In this document: positions 39,992-48,310 of the stretch, piece by piece | Layout: every line of letters begins with the position of its first letter | Position numbering within the stretch: the stretch's first letter is position 1 | Origin: Escherichia coli | GTDB taxonomy: Bacteria; Pseudomonadota; Gammaproteobacteria; Enterobacterales; Enterobacteriaceae | NCBI RefSeq assembly: GCF_030013205.1 | Contig: NZ_CP122648.1 | Length of the DNA: 64,000 nt | Strand: one strand, 5' to 3' | Notes under the pieces: generated by a model | Told to the model about the DNA's origin: nothing | Database searches by the model: none | What the model saw: the letters and a program-made list of their open reading frames with translations, nothing else | Translations under genes and position numbers: made by a program

Positions 39992-40253
39992 AAGATGAAT
40001 TTCCAGGTTTTGCTTAATACGTGATTAATCTCAACGTTTTTTATAGATGTTAACAACATCGGAATGATGCATCACCGGCCCTGTCAGGAAATACAAAATC
40101 TCCACCGATAATGCACCATTACGCTGTTGTAAAAAGACAGCACTGGACTGTAACCGATATCACGTATTACAGAACAGGATGTGGATAAAGATTCAGGAAA
40201 ACATCCCACATATAATATGTCAGTGCCCAAAACAACTTGGTATCGTCTACTGC

Positions 40254-40328
<75 letters not shown>

Positions 40329-40745
40329 ATACTATGCGGTCTTCAGTAATCACACGAATTACCGTGAAAGCCAGCACTGGTCTTTCCGACGGTAGTAACA
40401 CCCCTGTGAACACCAAAATAACCGTCTTCCAGACCGACGAGAATACTAACGACATTTTTTCAGATATCAAAAATATATTTTGTTTTTAGTTTTTAATATA
40501 TGTATGCATCTGTATCAGAAATATACAATTTATATCATTACTAAATTAAAAACATTTCTCTGACGTCTGATTAAAACGTTCCTGTTCCAGTTCCGCGCCA
40601 ATCACACATGGTCATTGCGTTTTACCAGTCCATCGCCACTATCAGGCTGACCAGGGGACGCCCCACCCGAACTGCTGAGAATGCCAGGCACACAAAGAAT
40701 AATGCCCGCCAAAGCGTTCCTGCATACAATGACTGCAAAATTCAG

Positions 40746-41596
40746 TTATTCTTGAGCGGAGCCAGAACTCATCTCACTGAATGCAGCCATCCTGTAACCT
40801 TCCGGGGTGACCCCAAAATAACGCCTGAATACACTGATAAAATAAGATGTATTATTATAGCCACACTGCACAGCGATTCTGTTGATGGCACAGCTATATT
40901 GATGCAACAGCATTGCTGCCATTCTCATTCTCTCCGTAAGCAACAACTCACTGAAACATGTGCCTTCTTCTTTCAGTCTTTTTTTAACAAACTTTCACTC
41001 ATACATAACCGTGATGACACATCTCGCAGAGTCCAGTTTGCTGCAATGTCTGTATGAAACAACGCACCAAGCCTGCCGCTGATAGTACTGATACACGCGG
41101 TCATAAACGACGAAAACATTTTATCTGATGAAAAAAACGCCAGACACGAAAAGGAAAGCATTTCCGCTAAATTGTCCGTATGAATCTTTTCCTCATAAAG
41201 ATAATCAATCAGGATGCCCATCAATTCTGGCCTGGGAAAACTCATGCAAAGATATCGTGGCATTTTCCGGACTAAAACAACATCCTGTTTTACCCCACTA
41301 CGCAACAGGTAACGGCTAATTGTCGATTCACTGAGACTTATACGCCGAAAACATTCAGAAAAGGGCAATAACGGTCCAGCCCCTCCCCTGACAAGAAGTG
41401 CACTACCACTTTCCAGAGAGAGTACTTTTCCTTCGAAGAGCACAACAAACGGGGAATGAACAAAAATAACAGAACAGGCCTCATTCATATCAATATCCCT
41501 GACATTACTGGTCGCAAGATAAGTATATATCACTTTACAAAAATGCAAGCCGTGAGCCCCGAATTCACGACCACCAGCGTGTTTACTGTACTGCAC
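40746..41596 (-). pseudogene. AraC/XylS-family regulator (GadX/AppY-like) split by a frameshift in a homopolymer
   Basis: The 207-aa ORF ends ..CMSESLLKKD stop. The 66-aa ORF carries the second HTH (..INRIAVQCGYNNTSYFISVFRRYFGVTPEGYR). Adding one base to the T7 run at 40979-40985 restores ..SESLLKKRLKEEGTCFSELLLTERMRMAAMLL... Confidence 0.8.
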
Positions 41597-41767
41597 CAGG
41601 TTTACAGGTACAAAAAACCGCTCGACGGCGGGTTTAAGCTGTGTGGCGAAGTAACCACTCTTAACAGATTAAGATAAAATTTGCGGACCGCGGTAATTTT
41701 TTTTGCTAAATTAAAGCCATATAAAAAATAAGATCCATAAGAAATTATTAGTATACTAAGGTTTAAC

Positions 41768-42709
41768 ATGGCTACTATTGCGCAATCAAAGAAACAAAAA
41801 AAACTTAAAATTGGTTTTTACACCAGCAGTTCTGGGACTATCCGCAGCCATTCAGTTGCTAAGCAAGCAATTGAAAATCTGTATAATACTTGCGTAACCG
41901 TTACGAATAATCATTTTGATACCATCTATAGAAATAAAAAGTTAAAAATAGCTTTTATAAATAAAGATACAAAAGCTAAATATTTCTTCGGCTACATGTC
42001 ATGCTCACGAGAAGAGTATCTCCTTCCTTATATTGGTGATGAACACTGGAATGAGCACAACATACCACTAGATGATAAAAAATACATAGTCGAAAGAACC
42101 TATTTTTTATATTATTACGATAGTGATATTTTAATATTAACTCAAAATCATCTTGGGCCGAAAGAATCGGATTTAGCTTATCTGCTTTACAGCCAGAGTG
42201 GTAATCCTGGAAATAACTTTTCATTCCAAGCCATCTGGAAAAAAGAGAGCGTCAAAGAGCTACTTGAAACAGGAAGTACTTTGAGAAGTTGTGATATTGT
42301 CCTGGCTGCTCCCAGGAACTTTGATGCAACAAATTACCAGCTAAATAGTTCATTTTCTAAGGAACTGGTAAATATGATGGTAGGGCTGGGTGGAACACGT
42401 CTCAAGTTAAATCTAAGGGGACGTGCATCAGGGAGAGTAAAAGTCAAAGGTTATTTATCAGATCTCGTTAAGGATGGTATTAAAGAACTCCTTGAAAAAA
42501 TGCCGGGAATTGTAAAAAAAGCGGCAGTAACACAGCCCAAAAATACCGTTGAACAAAGTCTTCTTGATCAGGTACTCATTTCAGAAAAAAACATATATAC
42601 CGTTAATGGTTATGGCACTGATAGTGATGTTCTGCAAGCCATGATTTCTGCTAAAATTGATAACAATGAATACCTTAAGCAATACGATATCAGCAAAAAG
42701 AAGGTATAG
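41768..42709 (+). CDS. Orphan 313-aa cytoplasmic protein, first gene of a candidate two-gene defence cassette
   Basis: AT-rich ORF on the strand opposite to all neighbouring phage genes. I could recognise no catalytic motif. 3 nt separate it from the downstream membrane gene. Confidence 0.7.
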   Translation: MATIAQSKKQKKLKIGFYTSSSGTIRSHSVAKQAIENLYNTCVTVTNNHFDTIYRNKKLKIAFINKDTKAKYFFGYMSCSREEYLLPYIGDEHWNEHNIPLDDKKYIVERTYFLYYYDSDILILTQNHLGPKESDLAYLLYSQSGNPGNNFSFQAIWKKESVKELLETGSTLRSCDIVLAAPRNFDATNYQLNSSFSKELVNMMVGLGGTRLKLNLRGRASGRVKVKGYLSDLVKDGIKELLEKMPGIVKKAAVTQPKNTVEQSLLDQVLISEKNIYTVNGYGTDSDVLQAMISAKIDNNEYLKQYDISKKKV

Positions 42710-42712
42710 GAT

Positions 42713-43156
42713 ATGTTATTGAAATACTTAAGAAACCTGATTGTAAGTGTTTTTTGCACCTTGTTCCTACTGAGGTATATCCCTCAGATGGGGCATGCTG
42801 ACATACTTACAGCCTCCGGGGTTATTTCAACTGTATCCGGTATTTTATTTGGTTTTATTTTAGCCACAATATCAATTTTTAGTGCTGCTAGCGAAAACTC
42901 AAATGGAATAATAAAAGCATTAAAAAACAACAACATACTTCAAGTTATTATTGTAAATCTATTAACCGCAGGTGCATCTTTAATTACGGCATGCGTTATT
43001 GCTTTGATAGCAATGTTTGCCAATGAAAAGACATTGTTACATGGAGAAAAAATAGAATTTATTTTAATTATCGAATCTTTATCTCTTCTTATCATTTCAG
43101 TAATAACTTTTGCCTTTACATGGAGAAAAGTAAACTGGATACTCCCCCACATTTAA
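42713..43156 (+). CDS. Orphan 147-aa 4-TM membrane protein, second gene of the cassette
   Basis: Four hydrophobic helices (LIVSVFCTLFLL, VISTVSGILFGFILATISIFSAA, VIIVNLLTAGASLITACVIALIAMFA, FILIIESLSLLIISVITFAFTW). Confidence 0.7.
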   Translation: MLLKYLRNLIVSVFCTLFLLRYIPQMGHADILTASGVISTVSGILFGFILATISIFSAASENSNGIIKALKNNNILQVIIVNLLTAGASLITACVIALIAMFANEKTLLHGEKIEFILIIESLSLLIISVITFAFTWRKVNWILPHI

Positions 43157-43179
43157 AAAGGGCAGAAATGCCCTTTTTT
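43155..43179. terminator. Strong hairpin terminator between the cassette and Q (convergent)
   Basis: AAAAAGGGCA-GAAA-TGCCCTTTTT is a 10-bp stem with a GAAA loop and U-runs on both strands. Confidence 0.7.
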
Positions 43180-43542
43180 CTACTCCATTTCAAGTTTAAC
43201 ATCCAGCATTGAAAGGCATCCATCAATAAACCCTTCAGCCATCTGTATCTCTATACGTATCAATTTCTCATCTTTTTTGCGAGCTCTTGCAAGCTTTCTT
43301 TTCGAGATGCCATACAGGTAATGGGCCACAATCAAAGAATGCTCGTACGGTTTTCGCTTTTTAAGAAGAGCAAGACAACCTTCAATAATTAATGCATCAC
43401 TATCTGAACAAGCCTGACGTGTTTTGCTTGTATAGGGAAGAAGCCCTTTAAACCCAGCAGCTATAGGAGAATAGTCTACTCCTGAACTATCACTCGCCGC
43501 CCATGCTCCCCAACGATCCAGAACCATTTGAATATCACGCAT
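43180..43542 (-). CDS. Late-gene antiterminator Q (phage 21/82, QuuD-like family)
   Basis: ATG at 43542 gives MRDIQMVLDRWGAWAA..IAAGFKGLL..; compare DLP12 QuuD MRDIQMVLERWGAWAAN..IAAGFKGLI... The C-terminal ..AEGFIDGCLSMLDVKLEME has the same pattern. Confidence 0.85.
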   Translation of the reverse strand: MRDIQMVLDRWGAWAASDSSGVDYSPIAAGFKGLLPYTSKTRQACSDSDALIIEGCLALLKKRKPYEHSLIVAHYLYGISKRKLARARKKDEKLIRIEIQMAEGFIDGCLSMLDVKLEME

Positions 43543-43559
43543 CAACTTTCTCCACAAAA

Positions 43560-44555
43560 TCAGGCCAGCACGCCAGTTGCCAGCGCACGATCGATAAAAC
43601 GAAATATCAGCTCCAGCTGGGAGCCATACCTCTCTTCAAATGTCACGGTATCCGCATGCAGCTCGTCGTGATGCTTTCTGCACAAAGGCAACACAAAAAG
43701 GTCATGCGCTTTTGTTCCCATTCCACCCTGACCGTAACCTATCAGGTGGTGGGGATCATCAGCGGGCTTTCCACAACATGCACACGGCTGTGTCTTAACC
43801 CAGCGCGTGTACTTTTCATTAACCCAGCGGCGACGTTTTGGGCGTAACATAAAAGACTCCGGCGACTCCGGATCCACTTTCAGCGCCAGCACCTTTTTCG
43901 CCTTATCCTGGATGATGCTGGTGGCAGGAACCGAAGGCACAAGGTCACTTTCCCGGGTGACAGACGGCACAACAGGCTTCGGTAATCTCAGTGCCTTACG
44001 GGCTGCACTTTCCGGTAAGGCATCCGCCAGGTCATTACGAATCAGCCACCAGCACAGTTCCGGCATTGTCACAACGTGACTGTCATCAAAACCGAGATCC
44101 CGACGCACAACAGACAACACCCAGCGGGCACAGTTATCCGTTGCCATTGATTCCAGCCGTTCCGTGAACTGATCGCGCAGCTGGTTATCGCAGTGCCAGC
44201 ACAGACGGATTGCACCCGGAGCGTGTCGCATTGTGGTCATGTTCTCGCTGTGCCAGTCGGAATGAGGCCACTGGCAGCCTTTTTTACGAAGTAACCAGCT
44301 TTCAAGACATTCCACGCCACCAGCACGACGGATCACTGCCTCATTGCGGAACACGGCCCGAACGGCAGGATCATCCGCCAGCGGTTGTGACGCCGCGGGA
44401 ACGGCACCACTGGCGAAAGATGAATAATGCTCCGGCTCAGGCTCCAGCAGGACACGCCCCTGCATAAACAGGGGCATCAGCTCTGAACCGGGCCTGAACA
44501 ATACGATCCCCATACGCGGGGCAATTTCAGGGGTCAGTAGTGCTCTCACGGTCAC
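43560..44555 (-). CDS. DUF968-like (YdfU-family) prophage protein with HNH-like C-terminus
   Basis: 331 aa with C-terminal ..CACCGKPADDPHHLIGYGQGGMGTKAHDLFVLPLCRKHHDELH... Nin-region position upstream of Q. Confidence 0.6.
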   Translation of the reverse strand: MTVRALLTPEIAPRMGIVLFRPGSELMPLFMQGRVLLEPEPEHYSSFASGAVPAASQPLADDPAVRAVFRNEAVIRRAGGVECLESWLLRKKGCQWPHSDWHSENMTTMRHAPGAIRLCWHCDNQLRDQFTERLESMATDNCARWVLSVVRRDLGFDDSHVVTMPELCWWLIRNDLADALPESAARKALRLPKPVVPSVTRESDLVPSVPATSIIQDKAKKVLALKVDPESPESFMLRPKRRRWVNEKYTRWVKTQPCACCGKPADDPHHLIGYGQGGMGTKAHDLFVLPLCRKHHDELHADTVTFEERYGSQLELIFRFIDRALATGVLA

Positions 44556-44556
44556 C

Positions 44557-45366
44557 TCAATGAACGGTATCGAGCAGCTTTAACAGCTCAGGGAATCGGG
44601 ATTCGAAGAAATGCGGCTGCGTCTCGCGCGGATTTGCGGGACTGGTGATGTTCTTGCCGAACATGCAGCCTTTCGCTGTCAGCGACCAGAATTTTTTGAT
44701 GTTGTTAATCGCGGTACGGCTGTATCGTTCGCGTTGTTCAACGATCCCCAGCTTCGCCATCTGGTGATATGCCTGATTAGCCGTCAGGCGGATACCATAC
44801 TGTTTCAGCAGTGCACTCAGCGACAGCGTAGGGCGACTTGAGCCATCAGGCGCGTCAGCAGGAGCATCAATGGCATAGCGCGGTGCCAGATTCGGTAAGC
44901 CAACAGCCTCCTGGAGTTTCTGACAGGCACCAAGCACTGAAGAGTTAGACAGGTTTAACTCCCTGCGCATAAAGTCCAGCAGAATCACTCCAGCCTGCAT
45001 CTTGTCAGCAGCCTGCCCGGATAATTTTTCCGGTGCGCTGGTTACCATATCGAAAGTACGGATCACCTTCAGATGGAATGACGGGCTGATCCACATTGCA
45101 TAGGCATACACCAGTTCTTTGCAGACATACGTCCCCTGGTTATTTCCGCCATTAATGACGCTAACTGGTTGATTTTGTTCCAGAGGCGGAATTCCACCCT
45201 CGGTGAAAAGTTGTTCAATCAATTCACAGGTTTGCTTATTGGAGAGCCAGTATTTCGGGCGGTTTTTTTGTTCTCCCCCGGCTGCCCTGTGCAGATCGTT
45301 CAGGCTGTAACGCCCATAAGCATCACGACGAACTTCAATACCATCAATAACCATCAGATTATTCAT
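44557..45366 (-). CDS. KilA-N domain DNA-binding protein
   Basis: The N-terminal ..IDGIEVRRDAYGRYSLNDLHRAAGGEQKNRPKYWLSNKQT..GTYVCKELVYAYAMWISPSFHLKVI pattern is typical of KilA-N. Confidence 0.7.
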   Translation of the reverse strand: MNNLMVIDGIEVRRDAYGRYSLNDLHRAAGGEQKNRPKYWLSNKQTCELIEQLFTEGGIPPLEQNQPVSVINGGNNQGTYVCKELVYAYAMWISPSFHLKVIRTFDMVTSAPEKLSGQAADKMQAGVILLDFMRRELNLSNSSVLGACQKLQEAVGLPNLAPRYAIDAPADAPDGSSRPTLSLSALLKQYGIRLTANQAYHQMAKLGIVEQRERYSRTAINNIKKFWSLTAKGCMFGKNITSPANPRETQPHFFESRFPELLKLLDTVH

Positions 45367-45385
45367 ACTTCGTTTCTCCTCTTAA

Positions 45386-45589
45386 TCAGGCGGCTGCACC
45401 CGCCGGTTTCTCATACTTACTGATAGTGATCTCGACCTTCCCTTTCGGGATAACCGGTCCCCACTCCACCAGCATTCTTTTCACCTGTCTGTCGTCTTCC
45501 CACACACCCGCGTGGGTCAGGGCGTCAAACAGCGCCTTGTTATAGTTGTCCAGATCGCGGATCCGGTTATTTGCCGTTAAACTGTTCAT
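45386..45589 (-). pseudogene. RusA Holliday-junction resolvase, C-terminal stump
   Basis: 67 aa, ..RIRDLDNYNKALFDALTHAGVWEDDRQVKRMLVEWG.., aligns to the RusA C-terminal half (..[28 protein letters not shown]..). The N-terminal ~55 residues are missing. Confidence 0.7.
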
Positions 45590-46137
45590 GCGTTAGTTTC
45601 TCCACAGACACAAAACGCCACGACGCCCGGAGCTGCACACTCGCGGGCGTCACTCTTTTCTGGAGCGCAGAAAATTTTGTAGACCAGTGCCGCATGCTCC
45701 TGGAGCTTCGAAATTGACAGATACAATTCATCATTAATTGCTGTCTGCTCGTGTGGCTCCACTACCCCATCTTCGATTGCCGAACGAATCTGCTTTGAGT
45801 AACTCCCGATCTGTTCGATGACTTCCAGCAGGCGCTGGTTTATATCTGCGTTCTCTACTTCCTCAATTTCAGGAAGCGATACAAACACCCCACCAGCAGA
45901 CTGTGCGACAGCATCCGCAATGTAGTGAGTGCCAGCAGCACGCTGTAAAATCATTGCCCATCCCAGCGGGAAAATCTGATCGCCATCTGCACGAAGGCGG
46001 TTGAATAAAGCGTTCTCTGTAACATCCAGCCACTCAGCAGCTTCAGCGTAACCCCCCGGCAACGCCGCGATAGTTTTTCTGACAGCTTTCACGTACCACT
46101 CAGGCTGTTTTTCCACTTTCCAGTGATGATTACCCAC
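45586..46137 (-). CDS. Early regulatory protein, CII/CP76-like (e14 YmfL-like)
   Basis: 183 aa, directly downstream of and overlapping the cro-like gene. The family call is from memory of e14-type immunity regions only. Confidence 0.45.
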   Translation of the reverse strand: MGNHHWKVEKQPEWYVKAVRKTIAALPGGYAEAAEWLDVTENALFNRLRADGDQIFPLGWAMILQRAAGTHYIADAVAQSAGGVFVSLPEIEEVENADINQRLLEVIEQIGSYSKQIRSAIEDGVVEPHEQTAINDELYLSISKLQEHAALVYKIFCAPEKSDARECAAPGVVAFCVCGETNA

Positions 46138-46390
46138 GGCTTACCTCCTGTTCCTGTGGTTTAAACCCATTCTGGTTTTGGCTAGATTGAAAACGTGCCG
46201 GATAAAGAATCTGCATTTCGCTGATTTCACCCTTAAAAAAATTGGCCAGACGTTCTGCAAGATCGATAGATGGAATTTGTTCCAGTCTTTCAATACGACT
46301 CAGCGTCGCTGGATTGACCTGAACGCCAGCAGCAACATGCTGCAAAGTAAATCCGTGCGCCTTACGCACATTCCGTAATGGTGATTGCAT
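46130..46390 (-). CDS. Cro-like XRE-family HTH repressor
   Basis: 86 aa with ..RKAHGFTLQHVAAGVQVNPATLSRIERLEQIPSIDLAERLANFF... Divergent from cI across a 97-bp operator region. Confidence 0.7.
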   Translation of the reverse strand: MQSPLRNVRKAHGFTLQHVAAGVQVNPATLSRIERLEQIPSIDLAERLANFFKGEISEMQILYPARFQSSQNQNGFKPQEQEVSRG

Positions 46391-46404
46391 ATGACCTCCA
46401 CATA

Positions 46405-46467
46405 TTGCGTGATGAGCATATTATTTCACGCAAATATTTTGCGCAAGTTGATTTGCTTAACGCGCAA
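46405..46467. promoter_or_regulatory. OR-type operator region (TTGC-N7-GCAA sites)
   Basis: TTGCTTAACGCGCAA (46453-46467), TTGCGTGATGAGCAT (46405-46419) and the palindrome TTGCGCAA (46439-46446) lie between the divergent cro-like and cI genes. Confidence 0.45.
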
Positions 46468-46487
46468 TAAAGAAATGTAATAAACGC

Positions 46488-47180
46488 ATGAACATAGGAA
46501 ACCGAGTCAGACAACTTCGCCAGGCGAAGAACATGAAAATCGCCGATCTCGCTGAAGCAATAGGAGTGGATGCGGCGAATATCTCACGCCTGGAAACAGG
46601 TAAGCAGAAACAATTCACTGAACAAGCCCTGAGTAATATTGCCAAGAGCTTAGGTGTTGATATTGCTGATCTCTTTACCTCAGACTTCAAAAGTAATACT
46701 GTATGTAAAAACAGTATTAGTGAGGATGTTGCGCAGGTGAAGGATGTATTCCGTATTGAAATGCTGGATGTCAGTGCCAGTGCGGGAAATGGCCTTATCC
46801 AGGGCGGTGATGTCATTGATGTGATTCATGCCATTGAATACAGAACTGATAATGCTGTATCGATGTTTGGTGGACGGCCAGCCAATCACATTAAAGTTAT
46901 CAACGTTCGTGGGGACAGTATGTGTCCAACCATTGAGCCAGGAGATCTCATCTTCGTTGATGTCAGTATCAATCAGTTTGATGGAGATGGTATCTATGTA
47001 TTTGGTTTTGATGATAAAATTTATGTCAAACGACTGCAAATGATACCTGACAAACTACTGGTGATTTCTGATAACCAGATTTACCGTGAATGGGGAATTA
47101 CCAGCGAAAATGAACACCGGTTTATGGTCTTTGGAAAGGTCTTAATCAGCCAGTCACAAACCCTTAAGCGACACAATTAA
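46488..47180 (+). CDS. CI-type prophage repressor (HTH + S24 LexA-like autopeptidase)
   Basis: 230 aa with an N-terminal HTH (NRVRQLRQAKNMKIADLAEAIGVDAANISRLETGKQ), an Ala-Gly cleavage context (SASAGNG), and the catalytic GDSMCPTI Ser and VKRL Lys. Confidence 0.9.
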   Translation: MNIGNRVRQLRQAKNMKIADLAEAIGVDAANISRLETGKQKQFTEQALSNIAKSLGVDIADLFTSDFKSNTVCKNSISEDVAQVKDVFRIEMLDVSASAGNGLIQGGDVIDVIHAIEYRTDNAVSMFGGRPANHIKVINVRGDSMCPTIEPGDLIFVDVSINQFDGDGIYVFGFDDKIYVKRLQMIPDKLLVISDNQIYREWGITSENEHRFMVFGKVLISQSQTLKRHN

Positions 47181-47200
47181 CCCTTACCTCCTCATCAATT

Positions 47201-47221
47201 AGCCACCCAAAGGTGGCTTTT
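47201..47221 (+). terminator. Terminator after cI
   Basis: AGCCACC-CAAA-GGTGGCT followed by TTTT. Confidence 0.6.
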
Positions 47222-47259
47222 CATCACCCTTTAAATTGCATATCTCGCAACAAAAACAC

Positions 47260-47274
47260 TTGCATAATGCGCAA
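47260..47274. promoter_or_regulatory. OL-type operator overlapping a pL-like promoter
   Basis: TTGCATAATGCGCAA is 13/15 identical to the OR site TTGCTTAACGCGCAA. It overlaps a CATAAT -10-like hexamer, with TTGCAT at 47235. Confidence 0.4.
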
Positions 47275-47699
47275 CTTCATTTTATCTTTCTTTCCAGACA
47301 AACAAACAAGGTACTAACAAAATTTGGTTGTAACACGGCGTATGGCACATGCGTCGTTAGCGGTCTGGGGACGTTAAAGGGGACAATCCACTCCTTGCTC
47401 GGGCAAACAAACCAGGTAGCCGGAATGTGCAAGTCAATGATGATGCTGATAAGACGCCTAACCAGCGTGGCGATTCGGTTTGACGCCTGGGAAGAGACCA
47501 GGGTGCAACGATGAGGGCATTTATGGAGCCGCGACAAAGTGTGGTGCCGTAACTGGCTAAGTGCTCTCAGCGTTGTGGTAATCCGCGAAATGGCGCGGCG
47601 GTAAGTATGGCGGGGTTACTCTTTCCCCGTTGAGGACACCGGATTGTCAGGTTGACCATACGCCTGAGTGACAACCCCACCACAACAGCCACTGCTTTG

Positions 47700-47745
47700 G
47701 CGGTACCAGTTTGTACCCTTGCTTCCGGCTGGTACCGCTCTTTTT
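47700..47745 (+). terminator. Rho-independent terminator inside the early-left leader (tL-like)
   Basis: GCGGTACCAG (47700-09) pairs with CTGGTACCGC (47729-38), a 10-bp perfect stem, followed by TC TTTTT. Confidence 0.6.
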
Positions 47746-47882
47746 ACAAAACAGAGAAGAGCATCACCGGACGACGAGCTCATAACCCAATCCATCCGGG
47801 CGGCTGCCACCGCAGGTGTTCTTCTCCGTTTTGTGGAGAAACCAACCGACCTTGCAGGGTCGATATGATGAGGAGCAGCAAA

Positions 47883-48245
47883 ATGGCTAGCGAACGCAGT
47901 ACTGATGTGCAGGCATTTATTGGGGAGCTGGACGGCGGCGTATTTGAAACCAAAATCGGCGCAGTTCTCAGTGAAGTCGCTTCCGGTGTGATGAACACGA
48001 AAACCAAAGGTAAGGTCTCGCTCAACCTGGAAATCGAACCGTTTGATGAGAATCGTGTGAAAATCAAACACAAACTCTCGTATGTTCGCCCGACTAACCG
48101 CGGGAAAATTTCCGAAGAAGACACCACCGAAACGCCGATGTATGTCAATCGCGGTGGTCGCCTGACTATTCTGCAGGAAGACCAGGGACAATTACTGACT
48201 CTTGCTGGTGAACCTGACGGAAAACTCCGCGCAGCAGGTCATTAA
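47883..48245 (+). CDS. Conserved prophage early protein (CPS-53 YfdP-like position), 120 aa
   Basis: AGGAG RBS then ATG at 47883, giving MASERSTDVQAFIGELDGGVFETKIGAVLSEVASGV... The longer track ORF (from 47652) has no RBS and runs through the terminator. Confidence 0.6.
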   Translation: MASERSTDVQAFIGELDGGVFETKIGAVLSEVASGVMNTKTKGKVSLNLEIEPFDENRVKIKHKLSYVRPTNRGKISEEDTTETPMYVNRGGRLTILQEDQGQLLTLAGEPDGKLRAAGH

Positions 48246-48310
48246 TATCGTTCTTAATTAACTGATTATTTATCTCATCACTGAATATCTTTATATAGTG
48301 AGGACTTATT

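Noticed and set aside
47236-47514. A 92-aa ORF downstream of cI as an N-like antiterminator.
   Set aside because: It starts at a non-ATG codon inside the putative pL promoter. It lacks an Arg-rich N-terminal motif and has no RBS.
47337-47664. A 9-bp long-range complementarity (GGCGTATGG / CCATACGCC) that could close a ~330-nt RNA domain.
   Set aside because: About one such match is expected by chance in a ~700-nt region. It is not evidence on its own without covariation.
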